Assembly: GCA_947465215.1 (NCBI GenBank)
Contig: CANHZX010000001.1
Span: forward strand, 1,718-65,717
Direction: 5' to 3'
Origin: Betaproteobacteria bacterium
GTDB taxonomy: Bacteria > Pseudomonadota > Gammaproteobacteria > Burkholderiales > SG8-41
DNA: 64,000 nt
Under the pieces are notes generated by a model. That model did no database searches. It had not been told where the DNA came from and was given only the letters and a program-made list of their open reading frames with translations. Shown piece after piece: positions 18,456 to 27,859 of this stretch. Positions within the stretch are counted from its first letter, which is position 1, and every line of letters begins with the position of its first letter. A program made the translations under genes and the position numbers.

Positions 18456-19427
18456 TCAATCGCCCTCCAGCTTGGCTTCAGCGACCACCTTGGTCCACTT
18501 GGCGATTTCGGCTTTGACATGGGAGGCAAACTGATCCGGAGTCTTGGCGGTGATCATCACCCCCTGATCTTCAAACCGCTTGCGCAACACCCCCGCCAGC
18601 ACCTTGTTACCGTCGGCATGCAGCTTGTCGAGGATCGGTTGCGGAACCTTGGACTGTGTACACAAGCCGTACCACCCCGTGACATCGTAGCCCGGCACGC
18701 CGGATTCGGCGAAAGTCGGAACATCCGGCAATTGCGCACTGCGTTCTGCGGAGGTCACCGCGAGCCCGCGCAAGCGACCCGACTTCACTGCGGCGAGCGG
18801 TGCACCGGCGAGATTACCCACCGAGGACTCCATGTGGCCGCTGATCACATCGGCCAGGGCCTGCGACGCGCCCTTATACGGCACGTGGATGATGTTGATC
18901 TTGGTCATCGACTTGAGCAGTTCGATCGACAGGTGCGGCGAGGCGCCGACACCCGACGAGCCGTAGTTCAACTTGCCGGGATTCTTGCGGGCGTAATCGA
19001 TGTACTGCTGTAGATTCCTGATCGGCATCGAAGGATGCACCATGAACAGGTTAGGCACACCGCCGATCCACACCGGAAAGGCAAAATCACCGATCGGATC
19101 GTAAGTCAGGCGTTTGGCAAACCGGGCCGGTGTGACTGAATGCGAGCCGATGTTGCACAACACCATGGTGTAGCCGTCAGGCGGCGCCTTGGCCGTTGCT
19201 TCAGTGGCGATATTGCCTGCGGCGCCGGGCCGGTTCTCCACCAGCACGTTGCCGCCCCACAATTCGCCAAGCGCCTGCGCCATCATCCGCGCCGCGGTAT
19301 CAACACCGCCGCCCGGCGTATATCCGACCAGGATGCGCACCGGTCGCGTACCCGGGTAGTTCTGCGCCTGGACGACGCCGGCCGCGAACAATACAGAAAT
19401 CAGGATGATACGTATGGCGTTTTTCAT
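18456..19427 (-). CDS. Bug family substrate-binding protein (TctC-like)
   Basis: Signal peptide plus the Bug family blocks. RBS GAGGAG. Confidence 0.9.
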   Translation of the reverse strand: MKNAIRIILISVLFAAGVVQAQNYPGTRPVRILVGYTPGGGVDTAARMMAQALGELWGGNVLVENRPGAAGNIATEATAKAPPDGYTMVLCNIGSHSVTPARFAKRLTYDPIGDFAFPVWIGGVPNLFMVHPSMPIRNLQQYIDYARKNPGKLNYGSSGVGASPHLSIELLKSMTKINIIHVPYKGASQALADVISGHMESSVGNLAGAPLAAVKSGRLRGLAVTSAERSAQLPDVPTFAESGVPGYDVTGWYGLCTQSKVPQPILDKLHADGNKVLAGVLRKRFEDQGVMITAKTPDQFASHVKAEIAKWTKVVAEAKLEGD

Positions 19428-19525
19428 CGGCTTCTCCTCATCTGATGGCCCTTGTAATCAGGGCTTGTTGATTTCTCGTTAATTTTGTTGCCGCTGCGTT
19501 ACCGCAAACGGCTTTAACGGGTAAC

Positions 19526-20506
19526 TCAGTCAATCTTGGCACCGGCCTTGCGGATCACTTCCGCCCATTTCGCAGAGTCCGTTCGCACCAGCGACCAGAA
19601 CTCTTCCGGCGTTCCGGTCAGCGGTTCAGAACCCAAAGCCAGAATGCGTTCAGTGGCCGCCGGCGAGTTCACCGCCTTGTTGAGTTTGGTATTGAGCGCA
19701 GCAACGATCGCCTTCGGAGTGCCCGCTGGAACCACCATACCGTGCCAGGTTGTGGCTTCATAACCGGCAACGCCGGATTCAATCAACGTAGGCACTTCGG
19801 GAAATACCGCGGAACGTTTTGCACCGGTTACCGCCAGTCCGCGCACGCGGCCGGCCTTGACGTGACCGCTGGCTGAATTAAGTCCCTCCATCATCAGTTG
19901 CACCTGCCCGGACATCAGATCGGCGATGGCTGCAGGACCACCCTTGTAAGGTACATGCACGATCTGCGTGCCGGTCATGTTCTTCAGCAGTTCGAAACCG
20001 ATGTGACCGGGCGAGCCGTTGCTCGACGACGCATTGAACAGCTTGCCGGGATTCTGCTTCGCGTAGTCGATGACTTCACGCATATTGCGGAACGGTGACT
20101 TCGGACTCGCCAGCACCATCATGTAGCCGGTAATGGTCTGCCCAACGGGCGCGAGTTCGCGCAACGCATCAATCGGCGGTTTGCTCACCAGATGCGGGCC
20201 GATGGCCAGCGAACCGATGGGGGCGTAGCCGATCGTGTAGCCGTCGCGCGAGGCCCGCGCTGTGAGTTCCATACCGAGCTGAAGTGCGCCGCCCGGCCGG
20301 TTATCGACGACCACCTGCTGGCCGAGTTCGCGCGCGAGTTCCGTGGCAACGATGCGCGCAACGTTGTCGGTCGAGGCCCCGACCGCCTGCGGCACGATCA
20401 TGCGCACCGGGCGATCTGGATAGGCGGACCATGCGGGGGCCGCCAGTATCAGCGACAACAGCAACCAGACTTTGCAACCGTTCGGCAATACCGTGGTGCC
20501 CTGCAT
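19526..20506 (-). CDS. Bug family substrate-binding protein (TctC-like)
   Basis: Signal peptide plus the Bug family blocks. RBS GGGGAGG. Confidence 0.9.
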   Translation of the reverse strand: MQGTTVLPNGCKVWLLLSLILAAPAWSAYPDRPVRMIVPQAVGASTDNVARIVATELARELGQQVVVDNRPGGALQLGMELTARASRDGYTIGYAPIGSLAIGPHLVSKPPIDALRELAPVGQTITGYMMVLASPKSPFRNMREVIDYAKQNPGKLFNASSSNGSPGHIGFELLKNMTGTQIVHVPYKGGPAAIADLMSGQVQLMMEGLNSASGHVKAGRVRGLAVTGAKRSAVFPEVPTLIESGVAGYEATTWHGMVVPAGTPKAIVAALNTKLNKAVNSPAATERILALGSEPLTGTPEEFWSLVRTDSAKWAEVIRKAGAKID

Positions 20507-20523
20507 GATCGCCTCCCCGCTGT

Positions 20524-21522
20524 TTAATTACCGCTGGTGATCCCCGCGGCCTTAACCGTCTTGGTCCATTTTGCCAGTTCGGCATGAATGAACTTGCGCG
20601 CTTCTGCGGCGCTGTTGCCCACGGGCACCGCGCCAAGACGGGCAACGCGCTCTTTCACATCCGGCAACGCCAGCAGGCGCACGGATTCGGCATTCAGTTT
20701 TTCGACCACGGGAGCGGGAATTTTCGCCGGCCCCATCATCACCACCCAGGACGTAGATTCATATCCTGGTACAGTCTCGGCAATCGGTATCGCATCCGGC
20801 AGTTCTGCGGAACGCGTCTTCGACGTGATACCCAGCACTTTCAGGCGACCGCCCTTAATGTGCGGCAAGGTTGCGATCAGCGTATCGAACATGACATTGA
20901 CCCGTCCGGCGAACAGGTCGGGGTGCGCCGCAGTACTGCCCTTGTACGGCACATGCAGCATCTTGACGCCGGTCATAAGCTTGAACAGCTCCGCGCTCAT
21001 GTGCGGGGAAGTGCCGGTGCCGCTGGACGCAAATGTCACGCCGTCGGGCTTGGATTTGGCGAGATCGATCAACTCCTTCACCGATTTCACCTGGAACTGG
21101 GGATTGCTCACCAGTACCAGCGGATTGGAAGCGGCGATAGTCACGAAAGTGAAATCGCGATCCGAGTCGTAGGGCAGTTTGTGGATCGCCGGGTTGATGG
21201 CAAAACTCAACGCAACCATGCCCAGCGTATAACCATCGGGCGCGGACTTGGCGACAAGATCGGTACCGATGATGCCGGAGGCGCCGGTGCGGTTGTCGAC
21301 CACCGCGGTCACACCCCAGGTCTGTGCGAATTTGTCGGCAAACAGGCGCGCGATGACGTCCGATGCACCACCCGGCGGGAAGGGCACGATGATGCGGATC
21401 GGCCGCTCGGGATAAGCGGCAGCAGCCGGCAGTGCAAAAACAGATGCGGCCAACAAAACAGCACAGGACATTGCAACGCGCAGGCAAAAGGCCGGCGCGG
21501 TCATGCATGAAACTTGAGACAT
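20524..21522 (-). CDS. Bug family substrate-binding protein (TctC-like)
   Basis: ATG at 21522 with GGAGGGG. Signal ...AVLLAASVFALPAAAA, then the Bug blocks. Confidence 0.9.
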   Translation of the reverse strand: MSQVSCMTAPAFCLRVAMSCAVLLAASVFALPAAAAYPERPIRIIVPFPPGGASDVIARLFADKFAQTWGVTAVVDNRTGASGIIGTDLVAKSAPDGYTLGMVALSFAINPAIHKLPYDSDRDFTFVTIAASNPLVLVSNPQFQVKSVKELIDLAKSKPDGVTFASSGTGTSPHMSAELFKLMTGVKMLHVPYKGSTAAHPDLFAGRVNVMFDTLIATLPHIKGGRLKVLGITSKTRSAELPDAIPIAETVPGYESTSWVVMMGPAKIPAPVVEKLNAESVRLLALPDVKERVARLGAVPVGNSAAEARKFIHAELAKWTKTVKAAGITSGN

Positions 21523-21790
21523 GTCATCCCCTCCGATGAAGGCGGCATTGTGGCGCATGTGGCACGACCGTGGAAGCCTTGCGCACCACCGTCCGTATGG
21601 TGTTACGCCGGACAATCGGCTTTTAAAAAATACTTTTTTATCAACATCTTATAAACGTAACTCAAAAACGCCGACTCACCGCCGGAAGATCTTCGCAATG
21701 CCATAGCGCCCAAATTGGCTATGCGCCAGAATATCGCCCTCGCGCCACGCGCGAAAAAAACCGAAATCACGCTATCAATTGGGGGAGTAC

Positions 21791-23149
21791 ATGAGAGCAG
21801 TCCAGCAGGGCAGCAAAGACCGCGCCGCCATCCTCGCATCGCTGCCGATGCGGGCGGACGAAGATCCGTTTGTCGTCGCTATCGGCGGTTTCTACCGCCG
21901 CTGGTTCAACCTGATCGACGACCTGCAGTTGCTGATCGACACCGTCGCGAAAATCAAAAGCACAGAGGACGAAGACTGGGTCCCGGTGTGGAGCGCGGTC
22001 GGCGCTGAGTACGAAAAGAAAGGCGACGCCCTGCTCGCACGCAAGGACAAGACCGGCGCACGTCAGGCCTATGTGCAGGCCAAAACCTATTACAGCCTCG
22101 CACGTTTCCCGTCACCGTATTGGTCGGGATCGCCGATCTGCCCGCCGACGATGAGCCCGATGAAGGCCCAGTCGTATGAAGACTATCTGCGCTGCTATGA
22201 GAAGTCTGCTGCTCTGCTTCCCGATCCACCGGAAACCATTGTCGTCACCAAAAACGGCATGAAGGCGACGGGTTTTCTGCGCCTGCCGAAAGGCGCATCG
22301 AAATCGAACAAGGTCCCGGCCGTGCTGGTGATGTGCGGCGCCGACATGTACAAGGAAGACCGCGAAAAATACGCTGAAGGCGCGCTGTCCCAGGGCATGG
22401 CTGCGCTGGTCGTTGATGCACCGGGGACAGGGCAAACCACATTCCCGCATGCGCCGGAATCCGTCGTAGCCTGGCAGGCCGCGCTGGATGTTCTGCAGAA
22501 ACGTCCCGAGATCGACGGCAACCGCATCGGCGCCTTCGGCGTCAGCCGCGGCGGCCTGTGGGTGATCCGCCTCGCCGCTAATGACCCGCGCATCAAGGGT
22601 CTGATCGCCTGTGCCCCGGGAGGCGCCGGTTACTGGGGTTCACCGGAAGAACGTGCCGAATGGCGCGCTGCGGCCTACGAACGCGCCAAGACCAACTGGT
22701 TCGGTCCGCGGGGCACGCGCCCGCCGTTAAAAGAAGTGACTGAAGAAGACCAACGCAAGGATTTCCTGCGCTGGTCGCTGAAAGACCAGGATCTGCTGAA
22801 GAACCTGACCATGCCGATGTACCTGGTCAACGGCAAGATTGACCACCTGACCCCCATCGGCAATCTCTACATGCTGCTGGAGTCCGGCCCGGCCGACGGC
22901 CGCGTCGCCCGTGTTTATCCGGATGACGGCCATATCGCCGCGAAGAACGAACGAGAGTGGGGCCCGGCATCGTGGGCCTGGCTGCGCGGCGTGCTGACCA
23001 AGGGCATGAAACCGGCAAAACCAGCTGTGAAACGAGTGGTCAGCTTCACCATCAGCAAACCGGCCAAAGCCAAGGTCAAGGCCAAGACCAAGACCAAGCC
23101 TGTTGCCACGAAAAAAACCGTCAAGAAAAAGGTGGTGGCAAAGAAGTAA
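21791..23149 (+). CDS. alpha/beta hydrolase (FrsA/DUF1100-like esterase) with lysine/alanine/proline-rich C-terminal tail
   Basis: Nucleophile elbow GVSRGG and a late DDGH. The C-terminus is KPAKPAVK...SKPAKAKVKAKTKTKPVATKKTVKKKVVAKK. ATG at 21791 follows GGGGGAG (an in-frame TTG at 21779 is the alternative). Confidence 0.75.
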   Translation: MRAVQQGSKDRAAILASLPMRADEDPFVVAIGGFYRRWFNLIDDLQLLIDTVAKIKSTEDEDWVPVWSAVGAEYEKKGDALLARKDKTGARQAYVQAKTYYSLARFPSPYWSGSPICPPTMSPMKAQSYEDYLRCYEKSAALLPDPPETIVVTKNGMKATGFLRLPKGASKSNKVPAVLVMCGADMYKEDREKYAEGALSQGMAALVVDAPGTGQTTFPHAPESVVAWQAALDVLQKRPEIDGNRIGAFGVSRGGLWVIRLAANDPRIKGLIACAPGGAGYWGSPEERAEWRAAAYERAKTNWFGPRGTRPPLKEVTEEDQRKDFLRWSLKDQDLLKNLTMPMYLVNGKIDHLTPIGNLYMLLESGPADGRVARVYPDDGHIAAKNEREWGPASWAWLRGVLTKGMKPAKPAVKRVVSFTISKPAKAKVKAKTKTKPVATKKTVKKKVVAKK

Positions 23150-23167
23150 CCCTTTAACCATCACTGC

Positions 23168-23203
23168 AAAACGGCGCACTGCCTTCAGTGCGCCGTTTTT
23201 ATT
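23168..23203. terminator. bidirectional rho-independent terminator
   Basis: aaaACGGCGCACTGccttCAGTGCGCCGTttttt, a perfect 11-bp stem. Confidence 0.8.
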
Positions 23204-23223
23204 TCGCAATCCGCAACACTTGC

Positions 23224-23499
23224 TTATTGCTTGGTAACAAGGTCCCCGATCGCACGCCAGGAATCGCATTCACTGGCGCCACGTGAGCGATTGTCGCTGA
23301 CAATTTTCTCTGCACGCCCGATCACTTCATTGGCACCCTGCCGGTCCCGCTCCGTACGCATTGGTGCCGATTTCATTGACAGCAGCATACCATTCACCAT
23401 GTCGCGGCATTGCGTTTCGGTGGGCATTTTGTGTTGAGACTGGGCTGGTAGTGTCAAAACCAGCATCAGGCACCCGGTCAGTAATCTGATGGCATTCAC
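23224..23499 (-). CDS. small exported protein, function unknown (91 aa)
   Basis: Signal peptide MNAIRLLTGCLMLVLTLPAQSQ. It starts 9 nt downstream of the Sir2 gene stop on the same strand and is followed by a strong terminator. Confidence 0.55.
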   Translation of the reverse strand: MNAIRLLTGCLMLVLTLPAQSQHKMPTETQCRDMVNGMLLSMKSAPMRTERDRQGANEVIGRAEKIVSDNRSRGASECDSWRAIGDLVTKQ

Positions 23500-23508
23500 C
23501 TTGTCACC

Positions 23509-24282
23509 TCATTGATCTAAAACATCAGCCGAGCATATTCTCGGCAACACTTCTCCGATCGGCAACCGTACCACCGCATCCGCAACCTCATCAAACCGAG
23601 TCGCTTCGGCATTGATGATCACCACCCTCGCTCCGGCATCGAGCGCGCGCGGCACCGCGGCCGCCACCGGGTAAACCTGCAACGTGCTGCCGATGGCAAT
23701 AAACAAATCGGCTTCGGCAGCAACAGTCATCGCACGCTCGATCACCTCCGGAATCAATTGCTGACCGAAGGAGATGGTGTCGCTTTTGAGCAGGCCGCTG
23801 CATTCGAGGCATTGCGGGTCTTCATCGCCTGCGCGCACGCGATCCAGCGTTTCCTGCATCGGGCCGCGCCAGCCGCAGGACAGGCACACCACCCGGTGCA
23901 AGGTGCCGTGTACCTCAATCACTTTCTCGGATGAAACTCCGGCGCGCTGATGCAGACCGTCGATGTTCTGGGTGATCAGCGCGTGAAGCTTGCTGCGCAT
24001 TTCCAGTTCAGCCAGCGCGCGATGCCCGCCATTGGGATCCGCGGTCCATGCCGGATGCGCAAGCCGCGATTGCCAGGACAGGCGACGCACTTCGGGATCG
24101 CTCGTGTAATAACGGATGTCCGACATGCGCTCGGCTTTGGGGTTGAGCGTCCACACACCCTGGGGACCGCGAAAGTCGGGAATCCCGGAGTCGGTGGAAA
24201 TGCCCGCACCGGTGAGCACAACGATACGCTGTGCCGCTTCAATCCAGCCGCGGATGGTATCGAGTTCGGGATAAGCGTTCAT
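23509..24282 (-). CDS. NAD-dependent protein deacylase, Sir2 family (sirtuin)
   Basis: GAGISTDSGIPDFRG, QNIDGLH, and a Zn ribbon CLSC...CLEC. ATG at 24282. Confidence 0.9.
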   Translation of the reverse strand: MNAYPELDTIRGWIEAAQRIVVLTGAGISTDSGIPDFRGPQGVWTLNPKAERMSDIRYYTSDPEVRRLSWQSRLAHPAWTADPNGGHRALAELEMRSKLHALITQNIDGLHQRAGVSSEKVIEVHGTLHRVVCLSCGWRGPMQETLDRVRAGDEDPQCLECSGLLKSDTISFGQQLIPEVIERAMTVAAEADLFIAIGSTLQVYPVAAAVPRALDAGARVVIINAEATRFDEVADAVVRLPIGEVLPRICSADVLDQ

Positions 24283-24556
24283 TTGCGGATGATGCCGCAG
24301 TGCCGGAGGCCGCACCACATCGGCGCATGACCGCGCTGCCATCCGGTTTAAGCCACACCCTGAGCACCGATTTCCGGCCTAAAGCGCCGGATTTGCGCGA
24401 AAAACGCTATTTTCCTGATGCATGGGTTAAAAAATTAACAGCTATTGCGTCGCAACATTGTAATAAATTGATGCTCCAATCAGTACGCATCACATTGATT
24501 TATAAATCTTATAAGTCGCGATGTTTTTACTGCATAGCAATATCAAGGAGTCTGCC

Positions 24557-24769
24557 ATGAGAACCGTTTCGACCAAAGCCACTACCAGTTCCGAACTGCT
24601 TGCCCGCGTCCGCCTGACCGCTGCAGACCGCTGTCGCGCCGAAGCCGCGCTGCAGCGCGGTGAAGCGCTGGCCAACCTGCTGCTGGGTGCTCCACGTATC
24701 GTGAAAGGTTGGATTGAGCATCATCCGCAGCACGCGACTGATCCGCGACAACTGAAATCCGCCGGCTGA
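24557..24769 (+). CDS. small hypothetical protein (70 aa)
   Basis: ATG at 24557 lies 6 nt after AAGGAG and is preceded by a ~200-bp AT-rich region. Third-position GC looks coding. No recognisable domain. Confidence 0.5.
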   Translation: MRTVSTKATTSSELLARVRLTAADRCRAEAALQRGEALANLLLGAPRIVKGWIEHHPQHATDPRQLKSAG

Positions 24770-24873
24770 TTCCAGCAAGCGGACGCGCTGCGTAAATACG
24801 CGGCGTTGCTGTAACGCCGGCGACCGGCCGGAGGGTGAGGTCGCGGCTGTGGCCGTTATAATCTGGCGGAAAC

Positions 24874-26037
24874 ATGCCGCTCGCCCTGCTACTCATTCTC
24901 ATCAGCATCACCTTCATTACCATGAAGGGCAGTCGCATCCTGATGACGCTATATGCGGTTGATCTCGGCGCAGGCCCTTTCGAAACCGGCATCCTGTTTG
25001 CACTGTACGGCCTGTTTCCGCTGCTGCTGGCCATCGCCGCCGGACGCCTCGCCGACCGCTTCGACAACCGCCTGCTGATGTACTGGGGGCTGGGCACTTA
25101 CACCGTCAGTCTGGTGCTGCCGTATTTTTTCCCGTCGCTGGCAACGCTTTATTTCGTTGCGCCGCTATGGGGATTCACCAGCATGCTGTGGGTGGTAGCT
25201 ACACAAAACCTGGTCGGCGTGCTGTCGACCACCGAAACCCGCACGCGCAACTTCAGTTATTACAGCCTCGGCGAATCTACCGGCTCGGTGATCGGCCCGA
25301 TCGCCGTCGGCCTGTCCATCGACACGTTCTCCCACGTGCCGACCTTCCTGCTGGTCGCCGTGATTCCGGCGGTTTGCGGACTGACTGTCGCGTTCAAGCG
25401 CGATCTGTATCCGTCGACGGCCACTGTCGGCAGCGGCACGCAGGCGCCGCGCAATATGAAAGATCTGCTCGCGCTGCCGGCGATGCGCAATGCATTGCTG
25501 TCGAACGCGGCGGTGATGACCGGCCTCGACCTGTTCAACCTGTACATGCCGATCTACGGCCACAGCCTGAAATTCTCGGCAACGACCATCGGCCTGATCA
25601 TGGGCGCCTTTGGCGTCGCCGCCTTCGTTACCCGCCTGTTCATTCCGCCGATCACCAAGCGCTACGGCGAACGCGCGATGCTCGCCGGCGCTTTCATTAT
25701 TTCGGGTGTGGCGTTCATGGCTTTTCCGCTGACCACCAGCGCGCCTTTGCTCGCAGCCAGTGCATTTTTACTCGGCCTCGGACTCGGTTGCGGCCAACCG
25801 CTGTCAATGATCCTGTCCTTCAATGCCGGACCACCCGGCCGCTCGGCGGAAGCGATTTCGATGCGCCTTGCAGTCAGTTACGGCGCTCATGTGTTCGTAC
25901 CACCGGCCTTCGGCGTCATCGGCGCTGCGGTCGGCGGCGTAGCCACCATTTTCTGGACCTGCGCCGCCATCATGGGCTGCGGATCATGGATCAACCGCAG
26001 CGCAGCCGTCGCTGCAGAACACAAGGAGAAGTCGTGA
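24874..26037 (+). CDS. MFS transporter
   Basis: About 12 hydrophobic segments. The stop overlaps the next start by 1 nt (gTGATGg). Confidence 0.8.
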   Translation: MPLALLLILISITFITMKGSRILMTLYAVDLGAGPFETGILFALYGLFPLLLAIAAGRLADRFDNRLLMYWGLGTYTVSLVLPYFFPSLATLYFVAPLWGFTSMLWVVATQNLVGVLSTTETRTRNFSYYSLGESTGSVIGPIAVGLSIDTFSHVPTFLLVAVIPAVCGLTVAFKRDLYPSTATVGSGTQAPRNMKDLLALPAMRNALLSNAAVMTGLDLFNLYMPIYGHSLKFSATTIGLIMGAFGVAAFVTRLFIPPITKRYGERAMLAGAFIISGVAFMAFPLTTSAPLLAASAFLLGLGLGCGQPLSMILSFNAGPPGRSAEAISMRLAVSYGAHVFVPPAFGVIGAAVGGVATIFWTCAAIMGCGSWINRSAAVAAEHKEKS

Positions 26038-26801
26038 TGGCAAGCTATCCCGAACTCAAGAACCGCGTTTCACTGATCACCGGCGCTGCGCAAGGCATCG
26101 GCGCGGAAACCGCGCGCCTATTTGCCGCGCAGGGCTGCAAGGTCGCCATCGTCGACATCGACGCCGACAACGGCAACAAGGTCGCTGATGCGATCGGCAA
26201 ATCCGGCGGAAATGCACGGTTCTTCAAAACAGACATTACGGACGCCGCATCGGTCGAGCAATGCATCGCCGGTATCATCGCAGGCTTCGGCGGTATCGAC
26301 ATCGTCATCAACTGCGCCGGCGGCTACGGCCGACTGGCGAGCGTGGAGGACATGACCATCGACGAGTGGGACCGCACCGTGACGCTGAACCTGCGCAGCG
26401 TGTTCCTGATCTGCAAGATGGCGATCCCGCACCTGAAAAAATCCAAAGCGGGACGCATCATCAATGTGTCATCGATTTCCGGGCGTACCGTACACGCCGC
26501 CTCATCGCCGGCATACGGCGCCGCCAAGGCCGGTGTAACCCAACTGACGCGTTTTCTCGCCTTCCAACTCGGTCCCGACAACATCACCGCCAACGCGGTG
26601 GCGCCGATCACCACACTGACGCCGCGTGTCGCCGCACTGCGCAGCGAAGCCGACATCGAACGCATCGCCTCGCAGGTACCGCTGCGCCGGCTGGCTGTTC
26701 CCGAAGATCACGCACAGGCGATGCTGTTCCTCGCCTCGGATGCCGCCGCTTACATCAACGGCGTGGTGCTGGACGTCAATGGCGGCCGGGTGATGATGTA
26801 A
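26037..26801 (+). CDS. classical SDR family oxidoreductase (FabG-like)
   Basis: TGAAQGIG, NVSSISG, YGAAK (canonical Ser/Tyr/Lys). Only the last 254 aa of the 544-aa ORF are real. Confidence 0.85.
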   Translation: MASYPELKNRVSLITGAAQGIGAETARLFAAQGCKVAIVDIDADNGNKVADAIGKSGGNARFFKTDITDAASVEQCIAGIIAGFGGIDIVINCAGGYGRLASVEDMTIDEWDRTVTLNLRSVFLICKMAIPHLKKSKAGRIINVSSISGRTVHAASSPAYGAAKAGVTQLTRFLAFQLGPDNITANAVAPITTLTPRVAALRSEADIERIASQVPLRRLAVPEDHAQAMLFLASDAAAYINGVVLDVNGGRVMM

Positions 26802-26845
26802 TGTAGCGACCTGCAGTCACAACAACGCTTTTCCGGAGGAGAAAA

Positions 26846-27805
26846 ATGTCGTTGAAACTGAATAATCTGGCTTGGTTGATTGGACTCAGCGCCCTGCTGC
26901 TGCCGTTAGCAGCATGGTCGGCGAACGCAACGTATCCAACGCGCCCGATACGCATCGTCACATCCGAGCCGGGCGGCGGTAACGACATCATCGCGCGCAT
27001 CATCGCCGAAGGCATAAACAGCAGCCTGCCGCAGCGTGCCGTGGTCGACAACCGCGGCATCGTCGCCGCGGAGATTGCCGCCAGGGCAGCACCCGACGGC
27101 CACACGCTGCTGGTTTACGGATCGAATATCTGGCTGACGCCCTTCCTGCGCAACAAGGTGGCCTGGGACCCGATCCGGGATTTCACGCCGGTAATCCTCG
27201 CCGTGCAGTTGCCCAACATCCTGGTCGCTCACCCGACGCTGGCAGCGAAATCGGTAAAAGACATCATCGCACTCGCCAAAGCCAAACCGGGCGAACTCAA
27301 TTACGCTGCCGGCACCATCGGCGTATCACCGCATCTGGCGGCCGAACTGTTCAAGGCGCTGGCCGGCGTCAACATCACCATGGTCCCGTACAAAGGCGGC
27401 GGTCCCGCGCTCAATGGCCTGATCGGCGGCGAAACGCACATCATGTTTCCCAATGCCGGCGCCGTAATGCCGCATATCCGCTCCGGCCGCGTCCGGGGGA
27501 TCGCTGTTTCCACTGCCAAACCTTCGGCACTAGTGCCTGACCTGCCGACCATCGCGGCAGCGGTGCCGGGCTATGAAACCATGGCAGTCATCCACATGTT
27601 CGCGCCGGCAAAAACACCGACTGCGATCATCGACGTGCTCAACGGCGAAGCCGCGCGCACGCTAAACAAACCCGAGACCAGAGAACGTCTATTTAACATC
27701 GGTGCCGAAGTAGTCGCCGGCACGCCGACGCAACTCGGCGCCTATATGCGAGCGGACATGGAAAAGATGGGTAAGGTCATCAAGGACGCCGGGATACACG
27801 AGTAA
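26846..27805 (+). CDS. Bug family substrate-binding protein (TctC-like)
   Basis: Signal peptide plus the Bug blocks. RBS GGAGGAG. Confidence 0.9.
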   Translation: MSLKLNNLAWLIGLSALLLPLAAWSANATYPTRPIRIVTSEPGGGNDIIARIIAEGINSSLPQRAVVDNRGIVAAEIAARAAPDGHTLLVYGSNIWLTPFLRNKVAWDPIRDFTPVILAVQLPNILVAHPTLAAKSVKDIIALAKAKPGELNYAAGTIGVSPHLAAELFKALAGVNITMVPYKGGGPALNGLIGGETHIMFPNAGAVMPHIRSGRVRGIAVSTAKPSALVPDLPTIAAAVPGYETMAVIHMFAPAKTPTAIIDVLNGEAARTLNKPETRERLFNIGAEVVAGTPTQLGAYMRADMEKMGKVIKDAGIHE

Positions 27806-27846
27806 AAAGACCGGCAAGGTTGGATGTATCGACCAACCTTGCCGTT
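27805..27846. terminator. hairpin terminator between convergent genes (T-run on the minus strand)
   Basis: aaaagaCGGCAAGGTTGGatgtatcgaCCAACCTTGCCG, a 12-bp stem. On the minus strand the stem is followed by gtcttttt. Confidence 0.65.
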
Positions 27847-27859
27847 CACTGGCGCAGTA

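Noticed and set aside
18078-21510. Long plus-strand ORFs (18078..19013, 20584..21510 and others) antisense to the Bug genes.
   Set aside because: They have no SD or start context and a low-complexity Arg/His/Gly-rich composition. The opposite strand encodes clearly recognisable proteins. This is a typical GC-rich shadow-ORF artefact.
23509-24282. The Sir2-domain protein as a possible anti-phage defence (Thoeris/DSR-like) component.
   Set aside because: It is a compact canonical sirtuin with an intact Zn ribbon and an NAD pocket (GAGISTDSGIPDFRG, QNIDGLH). It has no fused effector or sensor domain and no ThsB/TIR, helicase or other defence partner nearby. A housekeeping deacylase is the simpler reading.
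25167-26801. 544-aa ORF on the plus strand.
   Set aside because: The first ~290 aa are an alternative frame of the MFS gene (Arg/Pro/His-rich and not membrane-like). Only the segment from ATG 26037 is a genuine SDR.
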